From NCBI GenBank assembly GCA_964653605.1, contig CAZZGW010000004.1, forward strand, positions 1-39,086: a stretch of 39,086 nucleotides of DNA. The letters run 5' to 3'. The first letter of the stretch is position 1, and each line of letters opens with the position of its first letter. This document shows, piece after piece, positions 1-9,690 of this stretch. A model generated the notes under the pieces. It did no database searches. It was not told where the DNA came from and saw only the letters and a list, made by a program, of their open reading frames with translations. The translations under genes were made by a program, and so were the position numbers. The DNA comes from Candidatus Woesearchaeota archaeon. Its GTDB lineage: Archaea; Nanobdellota; Nanobdellia; Pacearchaeales; GW2011-AR1.

Positions 1-5
1 GTACA

Positions 6-1805
6 ATGAAAAGAGGAAAGAGTGTTTCTCAAGACTATGCAGCGATAACAATTGATGGGACCAAAGAAGAACTTTCAGTAACGGAGCTTAAAAATCGTGT
101 TCTTAATTTGCTAGAATATCCCAAAGAGTTTTCAAAAAAGCAGAACCTCTTGTATAAATTCACTGTTTATACCCCTCAAGAAGAAATGAAACAGATTATC
201 TTACAAGATTCAGAATCTAGGATTAATACTTTGCGTCATGTCTTTGGAATTGACAAATACAAAAGAGTTATTGAAAATTCTTCAATAGTTTTAACTAAAA
301 TTAAAGAAGAAAAAAGATACAAAGAAGCATTGGTCTCGAATTTGGAAAATGATAAGTTGGAGCTTTCCTCTAAGGAGATAGAGCTTGAGACAAGAAAAAC
401 GAGTTTGGGGGATGTTGAAAAAGAATTTGTTCTCAAGAAAATAATAAGAGAGGATTCTCAAAAAGAAATAGAGCAAGTTTCAGAAAAGATTCAAGAGAAG
501 AACAGGCTTCAACAAGAAATTGAAAAAACAAAGATGATGGTTTCAACAAAGAACAATGCAATCCATGACAATAAGAAAATGATTGAGCAATTAAATCTTC
601 AAATTGCTGAATTAGAAAAATTAGGCTTTGATGGAAACCGCCTAAATTTTCTTGAATCAGAAATACCTTTACTCAAATCCCAAATAAATCCTTTGAATGA
701 TAAAAACCTAAAACTATCTACGGAAATAAACACACTTATGGTAAAAAATCAAGACAGTGAAAGAATGAGGGAAAAAATTAAGCACCTGGAAAGTTGTCCT
801 ACTTGCCTTCAGGATGTGGACTCTGTTTACAAAAGCAATGTATTTATTAAAATGGACTCGGAACTTTCAGAAAATATAAACAGAATAAAAGAATTTGAAT
901 TGGAAAAACAAAAATTAACTCAGGAAATTAGTAAGTTGAATTATGAAACTTCTTTGAAAGAAAAAGAATTCCAAGACCTACGTATATTAAAGGTAAAAAT
1001 ACAAAGCATAGAGGAAAAAAAGAACCATATAGAAAACCTTGAGAAAAATAATGCCTCTATTTCAACAGATATGGATTTCTTAGAAACCCAAATGAAATTT
1101 CTTGAAAGTTCAATCTTTGAATTAAACAAATACGAGAACATATACAAAGAAAAACAAAGAGCCCTTGTAGAGGCTCAACAGCAAGAGAGAATGGCCGAGA
1201 TAAAAGTTGCAGAGCTAAAAAGGGAAATAGAGTTCTTTCTAAATAATATAGAAGAACTTAAAGCTAAGATTGCAAGAACAGAACAAACAAAAGTACAGTT
1301 ACACAATCTAATTAATCTTGAAAATTGGATTTCAAAGCAATTTATCCCTTTAATTTCTAATATTGAAAGGAATGTAATGATAAAACTTAAACAAGATTTT
1401 TCAAATCTTTTTTCTGAATGGTTCTCAATGCTAGTTTCAGAATCATTTAATGTTCAGCTTGATGATAATTTCACTCCGATTATTGAGCAACAAGACTATG
1501 AAATAGATTATGCCTATCTTTCAGGAGGAGAAAGAACAGCAATTGCATTGGCCTATAGACTCGCTCTTAATCAGGTAATTAATTCCATGTTAAGCAAAAT
1601 AAAAACAAGAGATTTAGTAATTCTCGATGAACCTACAGACGGTTTTTCAGATCAGCAACTTGATAAAGTACGTGAGGTTTTGGATCAATTAAATGTCGGA
1701 CAATTAATAATAGTAAGTCACGAGCAAAAAATAGAAGGCTTTGTAGATAATGTTGTTAGATTACGTAAAGAAAAAGGAATTTCTGGAATAGTTGAAGATA
1801 ACTAA
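6..1805 (+). CDS. rad50: Rad50/SbcC-type SMC-family ATPase, 5' end probably outside the window
   Basis: Long coiled coil with central CPTC zinc hook, ABC signature LSGGE, Walker B ILDEPTDG and H-loop IVSH. No Walker A is visible and the frame is open to the window edge. Confidence 0.88.
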   Translation: MKRGKSVSQDYAAITIDGTKEELSVTELKNRVLNLLEYPKEFSKKQNLLYKFTVYTPQEEMKQIILQDSESRINTLRHVFGIDKYKRVIENSSIVLTKIKEEKRYKEALVSNLENDKLELSSKEIELETRKTSLGDVEKEFVLKKIIREDSQKEIEQVSEKIQEKNRLQQEIEKTKMMVSTKNNAIHDNKKMIEQLNLQIAELEKLGFDGNRLNFLESEIPLLKSQINPLNDKNLKLSTEINTLMVKNQDSERMREKIKHLESCPTCLQDVDSVYKSNVFIKMDSELSENINRIKEFELEKQKLTQEISKLNYETSLKEKEFQDLRILKVKIQSIEEKKNHIENLEKNNASISTDMDFLETQMKFLESSIFELNKYENIYKEKQRALVEAQQQERMAEIKVAELKREIEFFLNNIEELKAKIARTEQTKVQLHNLINLENWISKQFIPLISNIERNVMIKLKQDFSNLFSEWFSMLVSESFNVQLDDNFTPIIEQQDYEIDYAYLSGGERTAIALAYRLALNQVINSMLSKIKTRDLVILDEPTDGFSDQQLDKVREVLDQLNVGQLIIVSHEQKIEGFVDNVVRLRKEKGISGIVEDN

Positions 1806-1817
1806 AAAGAAATAATT

Positions 1818-3404
1818 TTATTTGAATTCTTCTGCAAAGTATTTTGCTGTAAGTGGTTCCCCTGTTGCATCCTCAACAAGCCTATCCCAAGTCTTTGTTG
1901 CACCTGGTTTGAATATGTTTTCTTTAAGATATTTTCCTATTTCTTTGTTAGAATAATCTGGATTTTTGAAATTATCACTCTTAAGGATGTTTTTTACAAT
2001 ATAATTATTTAATTGAGAGGCCAAAAACTTTCCTAGCAAATAATTATGGTAATAAACAGGAGAACTGGCAATATGTATTTTAGAAGCCCAATCGGGTTCA
2101 TCTCTATAAAAATCAATTAATTGGTATTTTTTTACAAGACCCCACCATAATTTGTTTAAATCTTGGTCGGGGTTTTTGTATAATTCTTTTTCAAAGTAAA
2201 ACATTACTTGATCCCATCTTGTAAAAACTAATTCTTCCGTCCTAAGACTCTTTCTAAGCAAGTCGGAAATTTTATCAACTTCTTCGGGGTCCGCTTTACA
2301 ATATTTTTTTAGGAAAGAAGTATTTTTTGAATTTCTTTCAAATAAAAGAGCAATAGCTTCTGTAGTAAATATGTGTGCCTTATCTTTCAATATGAATGGA
2401 AGGTCTTCTTTCGCATAGGTTTGGTCATAAATTGAGTGTCCTAATTCATGTAATGTTGTGCAAGCCCAGTATTCATTATTCTTTACGCTTTGAATGATTC
2501 TTACATCTCCCTCTCCCCCCATATCCATGCAACAAGCATGCTGATATTTTCCTGGTTTTTCATATAAATCACTTTTTTCTAATATTCCAGAAACATCAAA
2601 TCCAGCCTCGCTATAGAATTTTTCAACAGTTTTAATAATGTCTTCTTTGTAAAATCCGTCTAAATCAACATCGTAAACTTTTGGGCCTTTCTGAAAGAAA
2701 AGATCTTGGTAGTGCCAAGGTTTTAGTTCCTCTTTTGAAATGTTGTATTTTTTTGAAAGCACTTTATCAATATCTTCTTTCAGTTTCTCAAAAGCACCAT
2801 CCAAATGAACTTCCATCTCATTGAATATGTTTTCAATATCTTTTCCCTTTTGTTCTCCAAGTTCAAGGACCATAACATAATAATCTTCAAATCCCAAACT
2901 CTTTGCAAGTTTGTTTCTTAGTTTAATAAGTTCCAACAAGTCCTCCTCAACCAGTGCACCTTGTTTTTTGCTCGCCTCCCAAGCTGCCTTAAGTTTTTGA
3001 GAATCCGTTTCAGTTTCTAATATATCTTTGATATCGTTGTCAGTTAGAGTTTTTCCATTAACTTCTGCTCTGAAAGTGTTGAATTTTTGTTCTATTTCAG
3101 ATTCTTTCTTAGAAATTTCTTTTAATAGTTCATTATCTCCCTGACATCCCAAGTAGGACCTGCAAAGTATATCAAATTGCCTTTTTTCTAAAGGATCTTC
3201 TGCCTTTTTCAGGAAATCCTTCACTTTCTCAAATCTTTCTTTATTATTCAAATAGGTGCTAAATTCATTAAGGTGCTTCTCAAATTCCTCATAATACTCT
3301 TTTTTACCTGTAGTAAGGGCATTCCAGTAGGCCAATGCGTATTTTTTAATAATTACTTGCAAATTCCTATTTTCAATTTCCAAGAATTTTTGTACTTCAT
3401 CCAT
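1818..3404 (-). CDS. Zinc metallopeptidase of the M2/M3 (ACE/oligopeptidase-like) group
   Basis: HELGH zincin motif, downstream TEAIA glutamate ligand, DLYEKPGK-HACC, PWHYQD and HIASSPVYYHNY motifs. Confidence 0.85.
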   Translation of the reverse strand: MDEVQKFLEIENRNLQVIIKKYALAYWNALTTGKKEYYEEFEKHLNEFSTYLNNKERFEKVKDFLKKAEDPLEKRQFDILCRSYLGCQGDNELLKEISKKESEIEQKFNTFRAEVNGKTLTDNDIKDILETETDSQKLKAAWEASKKQGALVEEDLLELIKLRNKLAKSLGFEDYYVMVLELGEQKGKDIENIFNEMEVHLDGAFEKLKEDIDKVLSKKYNISKEELKPWHYQDLFFQKGPKVYDVDLDGFYKEDIIKTVEKFYSEAGFDVSGILEKSDLYEKPGKYQHACCMDMGGEGDVRIIQSVKNNEYWACTTLHELGHSIYDQTYAKEDLPFILKDKAHIFTTEAIALLFERNSKNTSFLKKYCKADPEEVDKISDLLRKSLRTEELVFTRWDQVMFYFEKELYKNPDQDLNKLWWGLVKKYQLIDFYRDEPDWASKIHIASSPVYYHNYLLGKFLASQLNNYIVKNILKSDNFKNPDYSNKEIGKYLKENIFKPGATKTWDRLVEDATGEPLTAKYFAEEFK

Positions 3405-3447
3405 CCCAAGAGATATTTTTAAGTCTTTAAAAGAATATCTGTCCCTT

Positions 3448-3463
3448 CCGAAAACTTTATAAA
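3448..3463 (+). promoter_or_regulatory. Archaeal BRE + TATA box upstream of the psmB-aCPSF1 operon
   Basis: CCGAAAAC followed directly by TTTATAAA in the divergent intergenic gap, 58 nt before the psmB ATG. Confidence 0.55.
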
Positions 3464-3521
3464 ATAATGATTTTTACCTCTATTATAAATTCTATAAATA
3501 TATTATAGTATTCTAAGAAAA

Positions 3522-4202
3522 ATGAACGAAGAATTGAAAGGAAATCTTGATAAGTACGTTTTAAAGACCGGAACTTTGACCGTAGGAATTGTTTGTAAAG
3601 ATGGAATAGTCCTTGCTGCAGATAACAGACAAAGCTATGCTCAAGGAAATGCTGTTGCTTATATTGCTGGCCAAGCAGAAAAGATTAGCGCAATAAATGA
3701 TAGAATTATTGTAACTACTGCTGGTGGGGCTGCAGATTCTAGAAGAGTAATAAAATTAGTTAGGGCAGAACTTAGATTAAAGGAGTTAAAAAGTAAGAAA
3801 AAGGTTAATACAAAAGAAGTAGCTTCATTAATGTCAAATATGTTATTTCAAAATATTAGACAACCCTCCATGATCCCAAGTATAGCTCATTTTTTAATAG
3901 CCGGATATGATGAAACTGGACTAAGTTTATACGATGCATCCCCCGATGGATATTTACAAAAAATAGAAACCTATCAAGCAACAGGTGCGCCTTTTGAAAG
4001 CCTAGGTATTTTTGACGTAGAATATGAGAAGAAAATAACTTTAGAGCAAGGAATTGAGTTAGCAAAAAAAGTCTTCGATGCTACAAGGGGAAGACAGCCA
4101 GGGGTTGGAGATGGATTTGACATTTACACAATAAAAAAAGGCGAAATAAAAAAAGTCTCTTCTCAGAAAGTTGTTGATGAGATGAAAGACAGAGAAAAAT
4201 AA
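3522..4202 (+). CDS. psmB: 20S proteasome beta subunit
   Basis: Short propeptide ending KTG/T, TVGIVCKDGIVLAAD and GGAAD Ntn-hydrolase motifs, and the conserved archaeal position next to aCPSF1. Confidence 0.93.
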   Translation: MNEELKGNLDKYVLKTGTLTVGIVCKDGIVLAADNRQSYAQGNAVAYIAGQAEKISAINDRIIVTTAGGAADSRRVIKLVRAELRLKELKSKKKVNTKEVASLMSNMLFQNIRQPSMIPSIAHFLIAGYDETGLSLYDASPDGYLQKIETYQATGAPFESLGIFDVEYEKKITLEQGIELAKKVFDATRGRQPGVGDGFDIYTIKKGEIKKVSSQKVVDEMKDREK

Positions 4203-4229
4203 TCATATTGATTAAAAAATATTTTTAAA

Positions 4230-6113
4230 ATGGGCATTTTAGATAACATAAAAGAAAAACTACACGGTAAAGTAAAAGAAGCTAACTTCGAAGGAGCAAA
4301 TATTGTTCTATATACAGATAATGAATTATTTTTCAGAGAAGGCGAAGGAAAAATAAAAGAGATAGTTAGCGAAATAAAAAAACGGATTGAATTACGAGCA
4401 GATGCAAAAATTTTACCAGATACAACAACTGCTGAAAAACAAATTAAGCAAATTGTTCCTAATGAGGCAGAAATTGAGAATGTGATTTTTGATAAACATA
4501 GGAGTATTGTAGTTATTGAGGCAAAGAAACCAGGATTGGTTATAGGAAAGCAAGGATCAATCTTAGAAGAAATACGTAAAAAGACTTTCTGGACCCCACA
4601 AGTTCAACGTTCTGCAGCAATCAAAAGCAAAATAACTGAAAACATTAGAGAAGTGCTATATGCAAATAATAATTACAGAAGAAAATTCTTGAATGAAATA
4701 GGAGAGAAAATATACAAAAGTTGGAATCCAGAAAAAATGGATTTATGGGTTAGGTTAACTTGCATGGGTTCGGGCCGTCAGGTGGGTAGAAGTTGTTTCC
4801 TACTCCAAACAAATAATTCAAAAGTTCTCTTAGATTGTGGAATTGATGTTGCAGGACAGGGAGAGGATAAATTTCCTTACTTAAATATCCCGGAGTTTAA
4901 TATAAACACCTTAGATGCTGTAATCTTGAGCCACGCTCACTTAGATCATAGTGGTTTAATTCCTTATCTATATAAGATGGGATATAAAGGACCAGTTTAT
5001 ATGACTGCCCCAACAAGGGACATTGCTTCTTTGCTTGCATTAGATTTTATAGGTGTTGCGTATAAGCAAGCGTCAGCGCCTTTGTTTAGTTCTGTAGATG
5101 TTAAAGAAATGGTAAAACATAGTATTTGCTTGAATTACGGAGAAGTTACAGATGTTACTCCGGACATAAGAATTACATTATATAACGCAGGACATGTTTT
5201 AGGATCGGCACAAGTCCATATGAATATTGGAAACGGTTTACACAATTTTGTTTATTCTGGAGACATAAAATATGCAAAGACAAAGCTATTGGATCCTGCT
5301 GTTAATAAGTTTCCAAGAGTAGAATCAATCCAAGTGGAATCAACATATGGTGGAAGAGACGACCTGTTACCCTCGAGAAAAGAAACTGAAAAGAAATTTA
5401 TAGATCTGGTTAAAGAAACTGTAGAAAAAGGAGGGAAAGTTTTACTTCCAGAATTAGGATTGGGTCACGCTCAAGAGACTATCTTGAGGGTTGAAGAAGC
5501 AGTTAGAAATGGGGAGCTTCCAAATGTTCCAATGTATATTGATGGAATGGTTTGGGACATTAATGCAATCCACACTGCTTACCCAGATTTCTTAAGTAGC
5601 AATGTTCGTTCACTTATATTTCAAGATAAAAATCCTTTTATTTCAGATATTTTCTCAAGAGTTGGTTCTCAACATGAAAGGAAAGCAGTTATTGAGGGTG
5701 GACCTTGCATCATAATTGCAACTTCAGGGATGCTTGTTGGAGGAGCATCAGTAGAATATCTTAAATCATTTGCGGATAATCCAAAAAATCTCTTAATTTT
5801 AAGTTGTTATCAAGGGCCAGGTTCCCTGGGTAGGCAGTTACAAGATGGAGAGAGAAGAGTTAAGATGGAATCTGATGGAAGAATGATAGATGTTGATGTT
5901 CAGTTAAGAGTAGAGTTGGTTAATGGGCTTTCTCCCCACTCAGGAAGAAATGAACTAATGGGGTATTTCAATAATATGAGGCCAAGACCAAAAAGAATTA
6001 TAGTAAACCATGGGGAAGTTTCTAAATCATTGGATTTAGCCTCTGCACTTTACAAACTTAATAGGGTTGAAACAACTGTTCCTAGAAACCTTGAGACTAT
6101 TCGTTTGAGATAA
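4230..6113 (+). CDS. fttA: KH-domain beta-CASP ribonuclease aCPSF1 (FttA transcription termination factor)
   Basis: N-terminal KH region (KPGLVIGKQG), VGRSC, SHAHLDH metallo-beta-lactamase motif, NAGHVLGS, ESTYG, NHGE and terminal NLETIRLR. Confidence 0.95.
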   Translation: MGILDNIKEKLHGKVKEANFEGANIVLYTDNELFFREGEGKIKEIVSEIKKRIELRADAKILPDTTTAEKQIKQIVPNEAEIENVIFDKHRSIVVIEAKKPGLVIGKQGSILEEIRKKTFWTPQVQRSAAIKSKITENIREVLYANNNYRRKFLNEIGEKIYKSWNPEKMDLWVRLTCMGSGRQVGRSCFLLQTNNSKVLLDCGIDVAGQGEDKFPYLNIPEFNINTLDAVILSHAHLDHSGLIPYLYKMGYKGPVYMTAPTRDIASLLALDFIGVAYKQASAPLFSSVDVKEMVKHSICLNYGEVTDVTPDIRITLYNAGHVLGSAQVHMNIGNGLHNFVYSGDIKYAKTKLLDPAVNKFPRVESIQVESTYGGRDDLLPSRKETEKKFIDLVKETVEKGGKVLLPELGLGHAQETILRVEEAVRNGELPNVPMYIDGMVWDINAIHTAYPDFLSSNVRSLIFQDKNPFISDIFSRVGSQHERKAVIEGGPCIIIATSGMLVGGASVEYLKSFADNPKNLLILSCYQGPGSLGRQLQDGERRVKMESDGRMIDVDVQLRVELVNGLSPHSGRNELMGYFNNMRPRPKRIIVNHGEVSKSLDLASALYKLNRVETTVPRNLETIRLR

Positions 6114-6239
6114 TCTCTTTCTTGAGTAAATATTATAAACTAATCTTTACATTAATTAATATTAAAATAAAATGAGTGTGATTAATATTAAGTACAAATT
6201 TAGCGGGAAGTTTACAAAAAAACCAGGGGCGTCTTTTGA

Positions 6240-7151
6240 ATGAAGCATAACATAAAAATCACGCTAGTTCTTCTAGCAATGTTTATTATAACGCAATTTA
6301 TAGGAATGTTTATTGTAAATTATTATTCTATTCAAGGACATGAGCTCCCTTACGGGATGGAAACTCCCGAAGTTCAATCTCAAACAGACTTTTATTCTTC
6401 TTTTTTACCCTCGATATTAATAGCATTTGTAGTAGCAATAATTATTTTATTTCTATTAACGAAATTTAAGCTAGCATTTGTTTTGAGAATTTGGTTTTTC
6501 TTAGTTATAATGCTTGCCATAGGAATTTTCTTTAACGCAGTTCTTCCAAATGGAAACTATACGGGGTTGATTGCAATTATCCTTGCACTTCCGCTCGCAT
6601 TAGTAAAAGTTTACAAACAGAATTTCCTAGTTCATAATTTAACAGAGTTGGTAGTTTATCCTTCAATAGGTGCTGTTTTTGTTCCTTTGTTAAATATTTG
6701 GACAGCAATTGTGCTTTTGGTATTGATTTCTCTTTATGATCTATGGGCTGTATGGAAGTCTGGAATAATGCAAAAAATGGCAAAGTACCAAATGGATGAG
6801 CTAAAAATATTTGGAGGGATGATGGTTCCTTATCTTTCTAAATATCAAAAGAAAAAGTTGAAGAAGATGAGAAAAGCAAAGAAAGAAAATCCTAAGAATT
6901 TCAAAGAAGTTAAGCTTAAAGTTAATATGGCTGTTTTAGGAGGAGGAGATATAGTCTTCCCTATAATTGCAGCAGGAGTAATGCTTGTTAATTATGGATT
7001 TTTCCCTGCATTATTTGTTCTTTTAGGAGCAACTCTTGGTTTAGGATATTTGCTTTTCATAGCAAAACCAAAGAAACCTTACCCCGCAATGCCTTTCATA
7101 ACTGCAGGAATATTTTTAGGAATGTTGGCTAGTTTGCCTTTTATCTTATAA
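6240..7151 (+). CDS. Presenilin/signal-peptide-peptidase family intramembrane aspartyl protease
   Basis: Multiple TM helices, catalytic YD (LYDLWAVW) and GxGD (LGGGD) motifs, and a PAL-like PAMP motif. Confidence 0.9.
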   Translation: MKHNIKITLVLLAMFIITQFIGMFIVNYYSIQGHELPYGMETPEVQSQTDFYSSFLPSILIAFVVAIIILFLLTKFKLAFVLRIWFFLVIMLAIGIFFNAVLPNGNYTGLIAIILALPLALVKVYKQNFLVHNLTELVVYPSIGAVFVPLLNIWTAIVLLVLISLYDLWAVWKSGIMQKMAKYQMDELKIFGGMMVPYLSKYQKKKLKKMRKAKKENPKNFKEVKLKVNMAVLGGGDIVFPIIAAGVMLVNYGFFPALFVLLGATLGLGYLLFIAKPKKPYPAMPFITAGIFLGMLASLPFIL

Positions 7152-7557
7152 GTCTAGCCATTCTAGGAATAATTATTATATCAGGTTTGTTATTGAGTTC
7201 TTTACTTAATTTAGATAATTCTCTTTCTTTTACCATCTTTTGGGCGTAGGACTCAATGTTCATGTTTTTGCAGTACATTTGTGTGCTTTCTTTGCTTGTT
7301 GGTCTCCAATGGGCTATGTCCTCTCTTTTGAGCATATATGGAAGCCCTTCCTCTTCAATAGAAAATTCCGATCCATTTCCAATAGGTTCAGACTTTTGAT
7401 AGGGTAAAAGTCCTATTTCCCCGTTATTTATTTGGGATAATACTCCTGTAAGTCTATCTCCTTTTTTTAGGGTTATTAGGGTCCAATGATCCTTAAAATC
7501 CTCTAAGGTTATCTTTTCTCTTGTTTCAGAGTTAAATCCTATCCCATTTTCTTTCAT
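7141..7557 (-). CDS. Hypothetical protein with weak resemblance to an Sm/LSm-like fold
   Basis: 138-aa ORF with ATG start and an upstream TATA-like element. ITLKKGDRLTGVL...LKREDI resembles Sm1/Sm2 patterns by eye only. Confidence 0.5.
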   Translation of the reverse strand: MKENGIGFNSETREKITLEDFKDHWTLITLKKGDRLTGVLSQINNGEIGLLPYQKSEPIGNGSEFSIEEEGLPYMLKREDIAHWRPTSKESTQMYCKNMNIESYAQKMVKERELSKLSKELNNKPDIIIIPRMARLIR

Positions 7558-7661
7558 ATTTATGTGTGATAAACACTATTTTTAAACTTTTGGTATTTGT
7601 TGTCACTAGCCAAATACAACACCATAGAAACCTTTAAAAACCCCTAAAGAATAGTAACACT

Positions 7662-8078
7662 ATGAAAACAGACAAAGAATATGTTACAGATATTAAAGCA
7701 AGAAGAGAATATCTTACAGAAAACGATTTTATATCTGAAGAAGATTCAGAAATGTATGGGGCAATCGCTCTTGCAGATATTGATAAATCAAAGAGACTTT
7801 TAGGCAGTTTAAAGTATATGCCCCAAGGAGAAAAGGATAGAATAAGATATATCTTAAATTTTTATGAATCAGGAGAAAATAAAGGAAGAACTTTTAGAGG
7901 GGTTAATGGAAAAAACTTACTTGGTCTAATGGGTTATATTGTAAGTTCAAAATACAGAGAAGATGTAAAGAGCGAAATTAATTTTAAAGAAATGACAAAT
8001 GACAAATTATCAAAATCAAGCAAAATGATTGAAAAAATTCAAAGTGCTAGAAAAAATAAAAAAGGAGCTAAAAATTAA
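7662..8078 (+). CDS. Hypothetical protein
   Basis: 138-aa ORF. GAAACCTTTAAAAA BRE/TATA ends about 21 nt before the ATG, consistent with a leaderless transcript. Confidence 0.65.
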   Translation: MKTDKEYVTDIKARREYLTENDFISEEDSEMYGAIALADIDKSKRLLGSLKYMPQGEKDRIRYILNFYESGENKGRTFRGVNGKNLLGLMGYIVSSKYREDVKSEINFKEMTNDKLSKSSKMIEKIQSARKNKKGAKN

Positions 8079-8352
8079 AATGTTAGTTAAACAAGATTTA
8101 AGTTATAAATTTGAAAGATATGAGACTATTGTAAATTATTTTGAAAGCAATAAAGATAGGTTGAATAAAAAGAATATAGGATACTTACGTTCAATGAAGG
8201 GAGAATTATGGTTACTTGGAAAAAATGGTAGTTCATTGTTAGATAAAGTAAATTCATTAGTTGGAGACGAATTAATTATGGTAGTTCCAAGCGAATTAGA
8301 ATTAAAAAAATCTGTTGGAGAAAAATTAAAATGTTAGTAAAACAAGATTTAA
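8070..8352 (+). repeat. 32-bp direct repeat (8070-8101 and 8321-8352, 1 mismatch) covering the trmB start region
   Basis: AAAAATTAAAATGTTAGT(T/A)AAACAAGATTTAA occurs twice, each preceded by GGAG. Both copies encode MLVKQDL. Confidence 0.9.
8080..8337 (+). CDS. Hypothetical 85-aa protein sharing its first 7 residues with TrmB (start revised from 8029)
   Basis: ATG at 8080 follows a GGAG RBS and lies 1 nt after the upstream stop. Protein begins MLVKQDLSYKF. Confidence 0.55.
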   Translation: MLVKQDLSYKFERYETIVNYFESNKDRLNKKNIGYLRSMKGELWLLGKNGSSLLDKVNSLVGDELIMVVPSELELKKSVGEKLKC

Positions 8353-9122
8353 TAAATAAAATCAAAGATTATTTTGATTTGAATGTATACGAAACAAAAG
8401 TATGGTTAGCTTTACTTGGTAAAGGAACAGCTTCAGCTGGAGAGATAGCTGAAATTTCAGGTGTTCCAAGATCAAGAACTTACGATGTTTTAGAATCTTT
8501 AGAAAAAAAAGGGTTCGCAATCGTTAAATTAGGTAAGCCAGTAAAATATTTAGGTGTTAAACCAAAAATGATTCTGGAAAAATTAAGAAATAATGTTAAG
8601 AAAGATGCAGATGACAAAATTGAAAGCCTTTCTCACATTAAAGAAACAGCAGAATTTGTTCAATTAGAAGAATTATACAACGGTGGAATTGATCCAATTA
8701 AGAGAGAAGAGATTTCAGCAGCTCTTAAAGGAAGATCAACAATTTCAAGTTACCTGAGAGAAATAATCCAAAATGCTAAGAAAGAAGTATTAATTTGCAC
8801 TAAAGCTAATGAAATAAATTCTAAAACAAAATTATTCCAGCAAACTTTTGAGGCTCTTAAGAAAGCTAACATAAAAGTTAAATTAGCTTTATCAGGAGAG
8901 GAAAAAGCAATAATCCAAGCAGAACAAAGCTTTGGAATTAAAGTGTTAAGAACAGATATTGAAGCTAAATTTTTCATTATTGATAGAGAACAAATGTTAT
9001 TCTACCTAATCAAAGAGTCGGAAAGAGATGAAATTGCAATATGGTTAAATTCAGAGTTCTTCGCAACTGCTTTTGCTAACTTATTTGAAGTGGCAATGAG
9101 AGCACCAGGAGGAAAGAAATAA
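8331..9122 (+). CDS. trmB: TrmB-family transcriptional regulator
   Basis: Winged HTH motif LNVYETKVWLALL...AGEIAEISGVPRSRTYDVLESLEKKGF followed by a PLD-like effector domain. Confidence 0.92.
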   Translation: MLVKQDLINKIKDYFDLNVYETKVWLALLGKGTASAGEIAEISGVPRSRTYDVLESLEKKGFAIVKLGKPVKYLGVKPKMILEKLRNNVKKDADDKIESLSHIKETAEFVQLEELYNGGIDPIKREEISAALKGRSTISSYLREIIQNAKKEVLICTKANEINSKTKLFQQTFEALKKANIKVKLALSGEEKAIIQAEQSFGIKVLRTDIEAKFFIIDREQMLFYLIKESERDEIAIWLNSEFFATAFANLFEVAMRAPGGKK

Positions 9123-9164
9123 AATTCAAAGAAGAAGAGAGGATATAAGGAGGTAAAAAATAAT

Positions 9165-9467
9165 ATGACAAACAAAACAAATTACGAAAAGGCAGGAGAT
9201 ATAGGCCGTAGGTATGGTATTAGACAAGGAATTACTGATGCTGGATGTGCTGTTGCAGGTCTTGCAGGAGGAGTTGATCTTATAGCCCAATATGTAAATG
9301 GTGGAACAGTTGCAGAATATCTTACTGGATTAGGAGTAATTATTGGATCTGGAATTGTAGACAATAGAATCTCAAGACTTAATAAGAGAAACCAAGCTAA
9401 AGCTATTAAAAAGCTAGAGAGAGATCTTATCCCCTTTGAAGTAGTTGATACTTCAGGAGCCAAATAA
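9165..9467 (+). CDS. Hypothetical small membrane protein
   Basis: Strong AAGGAGGT RBS and two Gly-rich hydrophobic segments. Confidence 0.65.
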   Translation: MTNKTNYEKAGDIGRRYGIRQGITDAGCAVAGLAGGVDLIAQYVNGGTVAEYLTGLGVIIGSGIVDNRISRLNKRNQAKAIKKLERDLIPFEVVDTSGAK

Positions 9468-9581
9468 ATGGCCAACGAAGAATTCCTAGATAATGTAAAT
9501 GTGGTATTCATGGCGATAGGAGTAGTTTTTGTTTTACTTCCAGTTATGGCTGTAAAATTCGTTAAGTTCCTAAGAGAATAA
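9468..9581 (+). CDS. Unannotated 37-aa single-TM micropeptide (MANEEFLDNVNVVFMAIGVVFVLLPVMAVKFVKFLRE)
   Basis: ATG directly abuts the upstream stop, AGGAG lies upstream, and the peptide has an acidic N-terminus, hydrophobic core and basic C-terminus. Confidence 0.55.
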   Translation: MANEEFLDNVNVVFMAIGVVFVLLPVMAVKFVKFLRE

Positions 9582-9586
9582 TTAAA

Positions 9587-9688
9587 ATGACAGAAGAAAT
9601 TTTTAACCCAATATATAGAATAGAAGAGGACCTTTCTCTTAGATTGTATGTACCAAGTGAAGAAGATTCTGAAAAACAAGAAGAATAA
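9587..9688 (+). CDS. Unannotated 33-aa acidic peptide (MTEEIFNPIYRIEEDLSLRLYVPSEEDSEKQEE)
   Basis: Fills the gap between the previous micro-ORF (5 nt) and the convergent cca stop (2 nt). Confidence 0.4.
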   Translation: MTEEIFNPIYRIEEDLSLRLYVPSEEDSEKQEE

Positions 9689-9690
9689 AA

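Noticed and set aside
1818-3404. M2/M3 peptidase as the RiPP leader protease
   Set aside because: It lies 20 kb from the cluster and outside the rtcB-bounded island, with no evidence of linkage.
9182-9679. 165-aa minus-strand ORF
   Set aside because: It is antisense to three plus-strand ORFs that have better RBS and packing evidence.
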